From: Xylographa opegraphella
Taxonomy: Eukaryota
Length of the DNA stretch: 64,000 nucleotides
Direction of reading: 5' to 3'
Assembly (NCBI GenBank): GCA_022813865.1
Contig: JALDZX010000021.1
Span: forward strand, 124,001 to 188,000
A program made the translations under genes and the position numbers. A model generated the notes under the pieces. The model ran no database searches. It saw only the letters and a program-made list of their open reading frames with translations, and was not told the DNA's origin. The first letter of the stretch is position 1, and every line of letters begins with the position of its first letter. Shown here in pieces: positions 37,995 to 51,290 of this stretch.

Positions 37995-39341
37995 CTTTGA
38001 TCGAATTGGGGGTGCTCGAGATGCTGAACTCTCGAAAATGGAGAATCGAGTAACTGTTATAAGATCAAGGGCGGTTTCCAGAATCGAGAGTCACCTGGCA
38101 CAGTCGTTGCTTTATGGACCTCTCGGACTGATGCTCGTTCAGGGCGCAAAAGCCAGTCTGACGCATTTTTGAATCTGTTTTATCCGTCGTACTATTCGGA
38201 AAGTGACCGCTTTGGCCTGTAGATCTGTCAAGATGTTTCATCGCGTTTGGTGAAACCGCCTGCGCAGCTTCGGAGGAAAGTCCAGCACGAGTTGGCGGGC
38301 TGTCATTGCGCGGTTTCGTCTTTCTCGTGTCTCGTTGCGCAAGCCTGTGGCTTAAAGGCTAAAATGACCTGCAGTGTTCAGGCTTCAGGTGCCTGATCGA
38401 CAATAATCAGCACGTATCTTTCCATAGACCATCAGAACACGCGAAGGTACAAGACTTGGCATAGCTTGGCAGTTCCAGACATCTCCGTCGAAGATGTTCA
38501 AATCAGAGAAGCGCACCGATCGCTGTACACGCATTTGTAATGGTCTCTGCCGAAAGCTCTATCTAACCGCAAGACTCACAGGACAAAGTTTAGTTGCGCA
38601 AATGTGGAGGAAAGGTTTCATAAAAGTCAACAGATCTGTGTGCAGATTTTGGCTCCCCATGTGAGACCTAATAAATTGTAAAGATTGTAAGGGAAGCAGA
38701 CGTAAATTAGAGAAGTGAGAATCATATAGAAGTGGGTCCACAATAACGAATCCAAGCTCCATCTGTCCTTTCACACCACCCAGATCGCGCGCTCTTCATT
38801 GCTTCCATGCCTTGTAGGTAGCGCTTTCGGTATCTACAGAAGCACGCGAAAATTCTCTGTTCTGGAGAGTTACTAGCTCGTAACTCTGATCTCGCGATCT
38901 CGCCGTAGCCGGCGGAGCTTGATGGAGCCTTGTTCTAGAAAACCTAAAAAAAAACCGCCGTACTATATTCGATCACAAGATTAAAAACAGCTGTTGGGAA
39001 GTCTTCTCAAATAGCCTGACTACATTTTAAGAGCACTCAGCGTTTAGGTCCTGCACCAACTAATCCGCACTGGCATGCATCATGAATACCTATCTTACAA
39101 TACCTTCCGCCTATCATAACATTTAGCAATAGTGCACCAACAATACTTCTTTTGTCGAAGGTCCTATATTTGCCTCTTCTCATAAGCATCACTCGTACTT
39201 GTCATAAGGCTAAGGTAGTAAGTCATTCTTTTGCTCCGATGAACGTCATCGCGCATAGGAGACCCGCTACACATATATACAAATATCCACGTGACACATC
39301 ACATCAATCATAGCCCACCGACCATCCCCTATGCCAATCTC

Positions 39342-41330
39342 CTAACTAGACTGGGGCGCACCATTAGTGATGGTGCCATAGGACACGGCAGGGTAGTTGC
39401 CGTTGCAGCTGTAGTTGTACTGGGCTGCGGCCAACAGTCCCTGAGCGTTGCTCAGAAACGTGTTCAACTCGCACCACCCATCGGTGCGGTTGCCGCAATT
39501 GGGGTAGCTGGCTCCGAGCGGGATGGTACGCTGGTTGAGAAGGAAGTGAATGTACTGAGTGGTAGTACCGTTTGTGCAGCTGTAGGCGTTGCTGGCGTCG
39601 GTACGGGAGGCAGAGACGGGCATGGGGGCGTTGATGATCTCAACATCTAAGCGAGCGCCGAAGGGTTCCATGTGGGAGACGATCATCTGTTGGTTCGCGG
39701 GTGGACCGGTTGGGGGAAGGAATTGCGCGAACTGCGTAAGGCCGAAAGCGGTGAGAATACTAGCAATGCTGTATAGTGTCAGTGGGGCATAAAGCAGGGA
39801 AAGGTATGCCGCGACTTACTTGGTATCGTGGCTGAAGTCGAAGTACAAGGTTTGGTTAAGAGGGAATGAAACGGTATTGTTGTCGAGGGTGATCTGGGGA
39901 TCGCGAATCAGGACTCTTACATCAATAGCTCGAGCATGATGCACCACTTACATTGTCTTGAGTAACCGGCATCGTGATCGTGTGGTTTTGAAGACGCTAT
40001 TGCTGATTTCAGCATCCAAAACACTCCATCATAACAGGAACAGACACAACTTACACCTAAAACTTCCTGGACGTAGCCGATACCTACACTGCGTCCGGTA
40101 GGAGATCCGAAACCATACCCTCCATAGAATTGAAGGTCAATCGTATACTCGAAGCCTTGCCATTCTTGATATGTGAAGAGCTGGCAGAATTCTGAGAAAC
40201 CGAAAGCGACCGTCTCGTATGGGCACAGACCTTGCGCGGCGTACACTTGTGACGTGGTCCAGTTGAAACCGGTGGTCATGGCTTGTAAGCGCGCAGTAGC
40301 GTTCGCAAGGTAAATACCTTCCCAAATAGCGCTGGCATTGGAACCGCCGGCTGAGACGGGGAGATTCGAGTTGTTGCAGTTGAAGTAACCAGCAAGACTG
40401 TCATTGAAGCCCTGGCCTTCGATGATAGGCTCAAGCTTCACAAGCGGGTTGGTAGCCCACTCGAGTCCAACAAAACCAGCCAAGAAGTTCTCGGCGCTCT
40501 TGAGCATTCGGTCTTCGGTCGTCGTTCGTGCAACAATGGTCGCATTGTAGTTATACAGCTGCGCGTACTGGTAGTAATGGAGAATACCGGAATCAAATAA
40601 CCTTCAGGGTTTATCAATTTGCGAACGGGACCAATATATGGTAGAGATCGCTTACTCTTGACGACCTTTGGGTACTAGAATCTCCGCACCCAAGTTGTAG
40701 CTCCAAGAATTCAAGAAGCTCAGCTGACCAGTGAACTTGGCCCCCATCGATGTTGCATTCTTGAGAGCAGCCCCAAGCTTCTGCTGGCTTGAATTGGTGG
40801 TGGGGTATCGACTTCCGTGACGGGAAAGCATGTTAACCAGCGAGATATTTGCTCCGGCAGGCAAAGCCATCTCGTCAACCCCGAAACCACTACAGCACGT
40901 CAGTTGGTCTCAACTCAAATTATGTTGCCACCACTCACCTCGGATTAGGGAAGTACGGGCTGAGATTTCCCATCAATTCGAAAATGTTAGAATTGTTGGT
41001 ATTGCCAGCAATCGGCTCCGCAGTCTCCAATGGATTCGGGGCCTGATAAGACGCGGTGCTTGTTGCACTTCCGGACGCAGTGAACGGTGCAGGATCGGTC
41101 TCGGCGAGGAATGGAGCAGTCCCAGTCGCCGTAGGGCCTTCATTGCGTGAGCCGGGGAGCTTATGCGCGGGTAGGGAACATCACAGTCTCGTACCTGCAA
41201 AGACCTCCGGAGAGATCTGGAAGTAGTTGGTTGAGGTGGTGCTCGTTGCCATGGTCGTTTGCCTCTTTTCTAGATACGGGGCTGCCTGACTTAAGGCAGC
41301 CAAGGCCAGTAGAACGAATGAAGTGACCAT
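39342..41330 (-). CDS. Secreted histidine acid phosphatase / 3-phytase-like, about 7 exons
   Basis: Signal peptide MVTSFVLLALAALSQA; catalytic RHGSRYP; FDFSHDT(N); CPYETVAFG; IHFLLNQRTIPL..C..DGWCEL. Confidence 0.93.
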
Positions 41331-41818
41331 TTTGGGACTGCAGTGAAAACGAAAGTCACTCAATGGATGGGAAAGAGAACTGCGAATGCTGTTCTCGGAG
41401 CACAGAAGAGAGGCGACACAGAAATCCAAAGTGGTGTGGGAGAGCTGAGCTCTTGTAGAAGCTGCAGAGCTCCGCTGCAGGCATTGCTTAGGGCGTGCAG
41501 CAGCCTACTTCCAGTCGATCTCTCCAAGGCCGCATCGCCAGGACCAGGTGGTTTGGACGACAACGTCATTGTCGACAGTGGACCTGGTGGAGTAGGACCA
41601 GGATAAGCAGTCGTACAGCAAATGGGCACTCAAGCCTGAAGCACGCGTGAGGCACCAACATGGCCACTCACTAAGGAAAGCAGACATATTATGTCACCGC
41701 TCAACAATAGCTTCCGCCAAATTTGCTGGCTGAAGCTCGAAGCTGTTTGTCGACCTGCCACTTCTGGAGCCGCATGCTTGGGTGCCTTTGGATCCTCTGG
41801 ATGGAATGATCCTGGCTG

Positions 41819-42020
41819 CACGTGGGGCCCAACCAGTTACAATCGGCCAATCAGATGTCTGCTTATCAGATCGTGCTTAAGGTACGGGAGTACAGTAAGG
41901 TAGTCCTAAAACGAAGTAGTGCCGACTAGTTCTAAGGTAGACGCGCGGGCCAATATCTTCGACTGGTGATGCACTGATGCACTGATGCATGATCATTTGA
42001 TTAGGACGGACTTACACGTG
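41819..42020. promoter_or_regulatory. Two CACGTG E-boxes (Pho4/NUC-1/PalcA-type) upstream of the acid phosphatase
   Basis: CACGTGGG at 41819-41826 and CACGTG at 42015-42020, about 490 and 685 nt upstream of the minus-strand ATG. Confidence 0.55.
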
Positions 42021-42652
42021 CTCTCCATACAATTGCGAATTGGGACATGGTTCAGAAAGGAGTTAATGCGGCAATGCAGAGGCCGCACAAACATAAGGTA
42101 TACTCAAGCACGGCCGATTGCTCTACGACCGGAACGGAGATTCAAGTACTTTCTCACAGAAATTGTTTCACGCAAGGTCGTCACTCGTGAGCGTAGCAAT
42201 GCATGAAAGAACAATCGTTTTATGTCAGCGTGACAGACATCGTACCTATTCAATCATCACATCGTGCCATCATGGCAATGCCCTGTGCGCCGTTGGATAT
42301 CATGTGACCATCGTCCGGACATGAGGTCGCTGGATTCCTGTGTTGCCAGCATAACCGCCACCCCACCGTTCGCTGTGCGAGAGCAAAGAAGACCAGACCC
42401 GACATGCTACCGTGCTATTTACATGGGTGTAGGTGCCGAGCTGGTCGAAGAAATTTAAATCGAAACGAGAGGCCGTGATGCCGCGTGAATGCGTGTTTGA
42501 ACGGCAGATCTTCTCCGGAGCAGTGCAAGTTGTGACAGCAGCACTCCGCTTGAGGTGAAGATAGCTAGGAGCGTGTCAGGTCGATGATGCTACCCGACAG
42601 AATCTGATTGCTGTGCTCCCGCATCTTCGTACGAGCAAGGAAACATCAGCCT

Positions 42653-45600
42653 TTATTGCTGCACAATCTCGTTCCAGTAGAGCTCGAAGTCAGGGATCAC
42701 TCCGTTGCGAAGACTCTCTTCGTTAACGGTGACCCACTCTTCGATCGCTATCTGGACATCCTCGTCACATTTCATTGTTACGAACTCGTTGTCCGAGTCG
42801 TGGTAGCGCAGGCGCGCTGTCCCTTTCGCGATGGATGAAGCAGTCAGTTTTTCCATCTTCGAGTCGATCCGGTCAATCAAGGAGCGGTGTTTGATGATGA
42901 TGGGAACGACTATCGTGACGTGACACGGCTGAGGCTCAAAATATATTTTGACCTTAAGCTGTGACGGATACGGGACCTGGTCACTCTGGTAAAGCGAAGA
43001 CTGCAATGGCGGCGACATGATGCGTTCTCCAATGACAGACATGTTCGCGGAGATGACAGATTGTCCAGAGAAGTAACGCGGGTCAGAACGCACATGTGAC
43101 TGATCATGACCAAATGCCGAATACTGCTGAGGCCCTCGGTCCCTCGAAGACTTCGGGGACTGCGCTGGATTTCGTCGTTGTATCTCTGTTGGCGAACTCG
43201 TCTGGCTTCTGCTTACTGGAGCCCGCATCGAAGCCATGTGAGCCGGAATTGGGGGCACAGGCACATTGTCAACAGTAGGTTGCATCTGACCGTTCAAATA
43301 TCGTCGCTGTCCCGGATTGTTGGCATTTTGAATATCAGGACTACTGGCCGAACGCATTCGGCTCTGTAAGAGTGAAAGTTGTTGCGCGCTCTGAGATGCT
43401 GGCATTGGCGGTAGTGATGGTCGTTGGACGGTGCGACCATCATAGGTATACCCATTGGAGGGAGCTTGATCCCGTAACGATCTACTCATTGGTGGTGCGG
43501 TGTTATGCTTGTTTTCTTCGCTGCTCCATCCGCTCGACCCGGGTGCTGGTTGGCGAGGAAATGGATACATGCCGGCTTGCGAGTTTGAACGCATAGATAC
43601 TGGGGACTCAGCAGTCGGAGAGAAGTACGAGAAGCCGGTGCGCTCATCCGGGGTACCAGGATTCGAGATGTTTGTTGATATCGTCAAAGGCGGTCCACTT
43701 GCAGCGTGGATATGATCAGGAATGGGGAATCTTGGTGGAGGTACTCGGGTTGCACTTGAAGCTCCGCTTGTAGTCGATCTCGAATGCAGACTTGTACTAG
43801 AAGTATTTTTACTTATTGTAAACAACGATTGTGTCCCAATAGCTGATATTGCTGATGTATCGGAGACGACTCTTACTTGCTCATCGTCATCGTCCCCATC
43901 ATCTTCCTGGGTGTGCGGATTGTGCAGTGGTGTTTGGCTTCTCATATAGATAAAGTCAGTGTCGGAAGTGCCAGTCTGTCCGGAAGCCCGGGCAGATTTA
44001 TTCAATGATAATTTCTGTCGCTCGACCAGGTCTTTCCACTTGTTCCTTATTTCTTCCAAGGAGAAACGAATAACGAAATGTTCAATCGCAGGATCGCCTT
44101 TCCAGAAGATCTGAAGAAAGTAAGTACCTAGTGAACCGAGTCGAATCAGTTAATGAACATCAGACTTACAGAATGCCCTGCACTTCGAATCTGAAGTACT
44201 TGATTTTGCTTACCGCTCTTTGAATAATGAAGAATGTCCGTGACATTCTGCATGAAAATACGACCCTTTAACTGGAGACGCGGTTTGCCCTTCTTATCCA
44301 TATTCTTGCTCCCTAGACGATTTTTCGCTTTGTTTGTATTCATCTCTTTACAGCAGAGTAAAATATGTTCGAATAGGTATATGTTGTACTGCAATAACGA
44401 TAGGAATGACTGTTAGTTGAAGTATATCAAAAAATGATAAATTTTGCAAAGCGTGGGACCAAGTAGAAAAGAAACACAGCAAGATCGGACCACGATATAC
44501 GAATAGTTTCTTGCAACCAAATGTCTTTGAATAAATGTTTAAGAGATATAGTAGTTAAATGATATGCGAATGGATATGTATAGAGAAATGCAAAATCTGT
44601 ACGAACCTCTCTCTCGACCTCCTTTCCTGGAACTTCTCCCTTCAATACCGTGTGGGTGCCGTAGACAAGCAGTGCACCGAAACGGTCCATATTGTGACCC
44701 TTCCAGTCTTCGACTCGCGATTTCAGATCATTCATAGCTACTATCCGTGTTTCGTTGTCAATGGCCTCGTTTGCTTTCGCAAGGATTGCACTGGTCGCCT
44801 CAGCACCATCCTTCAAATCTCGGATCTTCTCATCATCAAGATCGGCTCTCTTCCTCAGTTCCTATCTAAAGTCAGAATGCTGCTGTGATCAGATAACAAT
44901 GAGGTCTAGTAGAACTCACGTTTAGTAGCATTGGGTATTTGGTAAGCCGTACGAATGGCTTCATGAGAAAGCTATTTAGAACAGCTTGACTCTCGACCAT
45001 TCCCTGGCATGCCGGAGACAGCGGCGCCGCCCTAATCTTATCCCAGTCCCTAGAGACAATAGCGTTGCATCGCTGTGAGTTGGCGATGAAGGGCTCATAA
45101 ACGGTAAAGGCGTCTTGGTATTGTACAAACAGTCGTCCCCAGTTTTGTAGTGAGGATTCGAGCGAATTTTGCTGTTCTACGCGTATCAAAAATCGTCGCT
45201 GGAAATCGAGGAGATTATCAAGGTTCATAAAAACTTCATGAACCAGGTCGCCCGGCAGAGCACCACTCTGCGCAAGTTGTGTCTTGAACTGCTGGAGTGT
45301 CTCAAGGTGCTGTACGTAGTCTCGCTCGGTCGATACAAGCTCGTCGATGATCAGCTGTCCATGGCTGCGAGGTTGAGCTTGGGCGTTTCCGCTGTTGGGC
45401 ATATCTTCCTCTATCTGCATAAGCAGACCCTTCTCTTGTACAAGATCAAGTACTCGATTTATGATCCTAAGTACCTGAACAATGGCATTAGCTCCAAGTA
45501 CTTTGCAAGAAAAACGACCAGTCTAATACACTTCTACAGGCAGTCAAGTAGAAATAGGTTGTGCGACATACCTTGACAAATCCCGTAGTGTCTTGACCAG

Positions 45601-46111
45601 TCAAGTCTGTTATGAGAAAACATTCGTGTGGAGGAAACTTCAGCACTTCCATGCATGCTTCCAGGAATTTGAAAGTGACCTGCTTATTCACCTTCGATTC
45701 CGCTGATTTGACAGGGTCAATCTCGAGAGGAATTTCTGGTTGCAGTGCGTTGTATATGCTAAGCAACGGATAACCCCGCCTCAGCATATTCCACATTGAC
45801 GTGACGGGATCTGTGGCGTCGTTACTCTCACGCTCTTCTTGGTCCATTTCTTCAAGCCATGCTTCAAATCCCGGAACCTCTGCCAAGCGCCTTTTCAGTG
45901 CAAGACAGCTCTGGTATAACGAGCTATTAACCCCTGCTTTCCGATTCATGATGTTATCGGGTTGTTCGGACACGACTGAGGCGCTCATAGATCTATCGAG
46001 GATCGGCATTTGGTTCTTCTCAAAGACTGAAGGGGAGAAGGGGCCGGAAAGAGAGGGCGAAAACGATCCTTGTCCCTGGAGACGTGGTGGGTATGTAGTA
46101 GTGAGAACCAT
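42653..46111 (-). CDS. CDC24: Rho GEF for Cdc42 (Cdc24/Scd1): CH, DH, PH and PB1 domains, multi-exon
   Basis: SSLYQSCLALKRRLAEVP, DPVTSMWNMLRRGYPL, DTTGFVKV; DH ELVSTERDYVQHLE..FLMKPFVRLTKYPMLL; PH YLFEHILLCCKE..LQLKGRIFMQNV; C-terminal PB1 LKVKIYF..RLRYHDSDNEFVTM. Confidence 0.95.
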
Positions 46112-47202
46112 GTTGGAGGAAGCCTAGCTACCCGCTAGAGATCGATTTGTTTTTCCGGAATTCTTCGATGTCGTATGTTCGACGGTCAACGCTTGCATGT
46201 CTTACACAGACAGTGATCTGACAAAATCTGTGGACGTCAACACCACAACCCACTTATGTCCCTGTTGTGAGCCTCGTGTTGACCACAGAGGAACCGGGAC
46301 AGCGATAGTTGATGATCCGGAATTTTGGAAGGGAGCGTGAAGCTTCTGATTTCGACGATGCCCTTGAGTATCCAGAAAGACAGATCCCTTTCAAGGTATG
46401 CTGTAAGAGCCAAAGTCTGCGGGTGAGTACGTAGTAGAGGGCAAACCTGGCCCTGACAGAAGCGTGACCACGTCCAGGGGAAAACAGTAAATCTGAAGGA
46501 AGCGTGTGTACAAACAAGGGCTCAAGGTATCCGTCGACTTAGCCGACGGGCGATAGATTCTGATGCGGGCGAACCCTCGTTGAGGCGGATGCAGCGCGGA
46601 GGTTGGTAGGAGTCGAGGGCAGGAGGGTCGGTGTTTATCGATAGCAGTCGAGCATGCAACATGAGTGAGAGCGCAAGGATGGGGAACGTCTGAGAGTTCG
46701 ATCTTCAGGGTGAGCGTATCGGGTCCGTGAATGTGAGCCCTCATGTTTGGTGTCGCCCAACTGCGTCTAGTGTGCAGCGGCTACGGCTAGCGGGGTCTGA
46801 GGAATCTGGCGGAGGAAAGCTTGGAATCCGGAACAAGGCCGGGAAAGGCATCCACGCTTGTGGGCGACGGCGATCCACAACATCGCGACCGTTCATCCCA
46901 GGCACGACTGGTAGCGAAGAGTCTTCCCCGTTCGAGGCCTGCTTGGATCCGACACTCCCACACAGGTCCCCATGAAGTGAATAACACCCTTGCGAAGCTT
47001 GCGGGCTGAAATTAGTGATCGTCCCGGTCGAGAAGCAACCGCACATCCAGTAAAAACCTGGTCGGCAGGTTGCGACGACGGAGCATACGATATCGGTTGT
47101 CTTGCCTGGTGACCTCTTGTCTCTGCACGGTCGGATAGCGCAGTAACGTCCGTAAGTAGCAGCGACGACTTAGTATTGTCCAAGCATTACGCCCGCTTCA
47201 GC

Positions 47203-49831
47203 ATGGAGGACTACTCTCAAGATCTTGTCGATGCAATTTGTCAGCCTCCCTGTCCAGCTTCGTCAGGGCAGCCTCCTTTCAAGACAGATGAAGGCTACTC
47301 GGAAGAGACGAGAAGTCAAGATGACGGTGACTCCACGCTGGGTGTGGAACCAGCGAATAGTGACCTGATTGCAACATCATTGTCCCCTCTGTTGGGGTCG
47401 TCCGATGCTGTGATGGCACTTACCGAGGCTGAAAGAAGTGGTAAGAGAGCTTTTGATACTGTCAGCGTGTGTGAGCTTCCAAAGGAGATCCTGACAAATA
47501 CGATTTAGAGTATGTATACAACGTCTTAATGACTCTGCGTACCTCTTCAATCGCAGCTATCGTCGAACGATTGAGGCCATTACTTCACATCGACCCTGTA
47601 CGGGTCTTACCACCAGAAACAACATCGCAGATTTTCTCCTATCTGGAGCCGCCAATGCTGTTGGAAGCATCCAAGGTGTCTAAAGCTTGGCGGCAGCGTA
47701 CACTCGATAGTCGCTTGTGGAAACAGAAGTATATCGCGGAGGGCTGGCCTCTCGATCTGTCTGAAGTGACTTCATTTGAGCAGACTTACAAACCGCAGCA
47801 ATCATTTGAAAAGACACTTTCGAGGAAAGCAGATTATCGCAACGACAATCGCCAGCAAAAGAAACGTATCCGTGAGAATGGTACATTTGCAAGAAGTGAT
47901 ATTGAGTCAAGACAGTCAAGAACATCCTCATTTGCTGGAAGTGAAATTCCAGAATGGAACAAACAAGAAGGAGCCGTTGAGGCGGATAATGTTGATGAAG
48001 GGCCCTCTCAGCGTATGTCTGAGGATCATGCAATGCCAGATGCCCCTGTACGGTCTGAAGCCTTGGGGTCCGGTCGCCCAGAAGATGGCATCGAAACAGA
48101 GCGCTCTCCTCTCCTGGATGATTTCTCTAGTGCCACCAAACCGATTCCCGCTTCGTTAAAAAGTGATGAAGGCTCTGGATCGCTAACAGGGGAACCCACA
48201 CATGTAGTTTCAAAGGACTCGCGGCTCACCTACGGTAGTCTCTCGGGAAGTCCTCGACTTAATTTTCAGCATCTTTATAAACAAAAACGCAAGTTGGAAG
48301 AAAACTGGAACGCGGGAAGATTTGTTAGCTTCCAATTGCCCCATAGAGATCATCCTGAAGAAGCTCATACCGAATGCGTTTACACGATTCAGTATTTCGG
48401 AAACTATCTTGTGAGTGGCAGTCGAGACCGGACCTTACGGATATGGAATTTAAATACTCAGCGACTCGTTAGAAAACCGTTATCCGGCCACAATGGCTCA
48501 GTGCTATGTCTCCAGTTCGATGCCAGTGAGGCGGAAGATATTATCGTATCCGGCAGCAGTGATACGGACGTGATAATATGGCAATTTTCTACTGGAAAAA
48601 TGATCAAAAAGCTCCAACATGCACACGGTGAATCTGTTCTCAACCTCAAATTTGATAGAAGATTTCTGGTTACTTGCTCCAAAGATAAAACTATCAAGAT
48701 ATGGAACCGTAATGAATTGAAGCCAGGGGACAGAGACTATCCTGTGAAAGGTCTTCCAGAGGGTGGTAAATGCCCAGCATACATCGTCGACTTGACCAAT
48801 TTACCAACACCGATGGACATTGAAGCACATCTAACAACAAAGCAAAAGCAGCCTCTCCCAAAGTACAGTGCCTTGATGACAATTGATTCGCACGGTGCTG
48901 CAGTCAACGCTGTTCACATACATCAACACCAACTTGTTTCGGCGTCTGGAGATCGATCCCTCAAGGTTTGGGATATTCATTCAGGTGTTCGCAATGCAAT
49001 CTGTATTGGCCATACTAAAGGGATCGCTTGCGTCCAATATGATGGTAAAAGAATTGTGAGCGGTAGCAGTGACAACACTATTCGAGTATTTGATGCTGCT
49101 ACTCAAGCGGAGGTCGCTTGCCTTATCGGTCACAGTAAGCTTGTCCGTACCGTTCAAGCCAGCTTTGGCGACGAACCTGGTGGCGTCGAAGGGCTGGAGG
49201 ACGAGGCCCGTAATGTTGATCGTGCATATTTTGAGGCAAGGAGATCTGGTGCCATCTCTAGCAGTCTGGCTCGTGCGCATCGCAACAAGGATCGAAATGC
49301 TGGCTCTAGCAGACCAGAAAAAATAATGGCGATAGGTGCCAAACTGCCACCTGGTGGCGGTGGGAGTTCCTGGGGTCGTATCGTATCCGGATCCTACGAT
49401 GAGACCATTATTATTTGGAAGAAGACTGCAGATGGTAGCTGGATCCCTGGTCTCAAACTCGATCAAACTCGAGCTCTTTCTGCGGCAGGGGAACCTCTTA
49501 TAGCCCGCTCGGAATTGGCACAGCAAGCGCAACAGCAAGCGGCGCTCCAGAACCAACACACACACGGACCACTTGTCCTACCACAGCCCATACCTTTCAA
49601 TCCAGCAGCTCAGCCCACAGTCCATCAAATGCAACAAATACATGCCCACATGTCGTCCCATCAGCTCGTACAACAGGCGATACAAACCGGAGCCGCTGCA
49701 CTACAAGCTGGATTGCACAACATGGCAGCATTGCAGAGTCAGGTTGACGGCAACGTCTCTACTCATCCTGCATTTCAATCGACCCCAATACACGCATATC
49801 TCCAGCACCAGTATCAGCAACAACAAGCCGC

Positions 49832-49905
<74 letters not shown>

Positions 49906-50309
49906 AGCAACAGCAGCAGCAACAGCAGCAGCAACAGGCAGCAACACCAAATCTGCCACATACATCACACTCGATTCAGCCACCGCAGCAAATAAACCCG
50001 CCACAACCCCCACATCCACCTACTCTACCGCAGACACCTAACCATCACGCACTTCATGCTGTACACACTCATGCACATGCCCACGCTCACGCTCATGCTC
50101 ACGCTCACGCCCACGCACATGCCCCTGGTGCGGCAGCCCACGGGCCGCACGGAGCCGCAGGCCATCCGAATGCGAGGGTGTTCAAACTGCAATTCGACGC
50201 TCGCAGACTTGTCTGCTGCTCCCAGGATCCTAAGATCGTGGGATGGGATTTTGCGAATGGGGACGAGGAAATCATTGAATGCTCACGGTTCTTTGGCCGT
50301 CCCACCTGA
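47203..50309 (+). CDS. fwd-1: F-box/WD40 protein, FWD-1/beta-TrCP-like SCF substrate receptor, 2 exons
   Basis: F-box DPVRVLPPETTSQIFSYL..VSKAW; WD repeats LVSGSRDRTLRIWN, GHNGSVLCLQFD, LVSASGDRSLKVWD, GHTKGIACVQYDGKRIVSGSSD; C-terminal RVFKLQFDARRLVCCSQD. Intron at about 47441-47509. Confidence 0.88.
49833..49937 (+). repeat. Coding CAG/CAA microsatellite (about 20 pure CAG then mixed CAA/CAG, about 35 Gln)
   Basis: Read directly from the sequence; followed by a (His-Ala)n-coding GCTCAY repeat at about 50069-50122. Confidence 0.95.
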
Positions 50310-51160
50310 ACCAACGTCGCCTGGTATACTGTTGTATCCTGCAGTAATGCTGGAAGGCCTACCGGCGTAATCGTAATCAGGATGCCTGGGACCTCAGGGC
50401 TCTCGTCATCCGTGGAAAGCTGTTTTGATGGCGCATATCATTATTATGACTACATTGTTTTGGAAATGGCCGAGGGATCGGGGATACCACTAACCTTAGT
50501 TTAACGAGATCCGGGCATCTGACGACTTTTGCTCCGTACTTTCTGTATTTTATATGGTCAATAAAGAACATCATTGACTTTCAAAATGTCTCTCACAGAG
50601 GTGGCATCATCGAGTTACTCAATCAACATATTCTAGGCTTATTTATTGCAGATCCAAGGCTGAACCTTCAAATTCGAGTTAAATCAACGGATGTCGGGGG
50701 TTGAGGCGGTGTAAAATTTATATTCCAACAATGCAATCTGCTCAGCCTTAGTCGGCGGCCACAAAAAATACAATCTATTAGTTACGTCATACGAAACATC
50801 GACCTCGTTATAAACAAGATTTAGTGTATCATAATATTTTAAATGCAAGCCCATCTTTAGTCTGGCCTGAACAGAAAACGGGGTATCCCGGGATTCCGGG
50901 CGGAGAGAAGACAGGGATATACAACTATGGGTTGTCGGACTTCTTTCACATTATACGCACATTCCAACGCAGACCACAGTTATACCTCCCAGGAGACCGC
51001 CGGGTTATCTGCCGCCTACGAGTTTCAATTATTACGCATGTACTGTGTGCGCATCGTGTTCATGGAATACATTTCTTGGCGTGGCGTTCGTTTAGTGTAA
51101 CTTCATTCTTATTGGGCTCTTGGGGTATCTGGATTATTGCATATCGCAGGTACCTTTCAA

Positions 51161-51290
51161 GGTAGGCTTGTAGGTTCGAGTAAACCTAAGGTAATTTACA
51201 GTACGTAGACTAGTCTAGAAGAGACTAAGGTATCCTATAAAAAAATCTAAGCTTAGCCTTAGGTTCTGGTTCTAGCTGGGGTTAGGGTAC
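51161..51290. repeat. Short TpA-rich, CpA/TpG-poor tract; possible RIP-mutated repeat relic
   Basis: Dense TA/CTAG/TAAG words with almost no CA; no ORF or terminal repeats seen. Confidence 0.35.

Noticed and set aside
49701..50019. Poly-Leu and poly-Ala ORFs on the minus strand
   Set aside because: These are antisense shadows of the CAG repeat in the F-box gene.
51277..51288. GGGGTTAGGG as a telomeric repeat
   Set aside because: It is a single unit, which is expected by chance.
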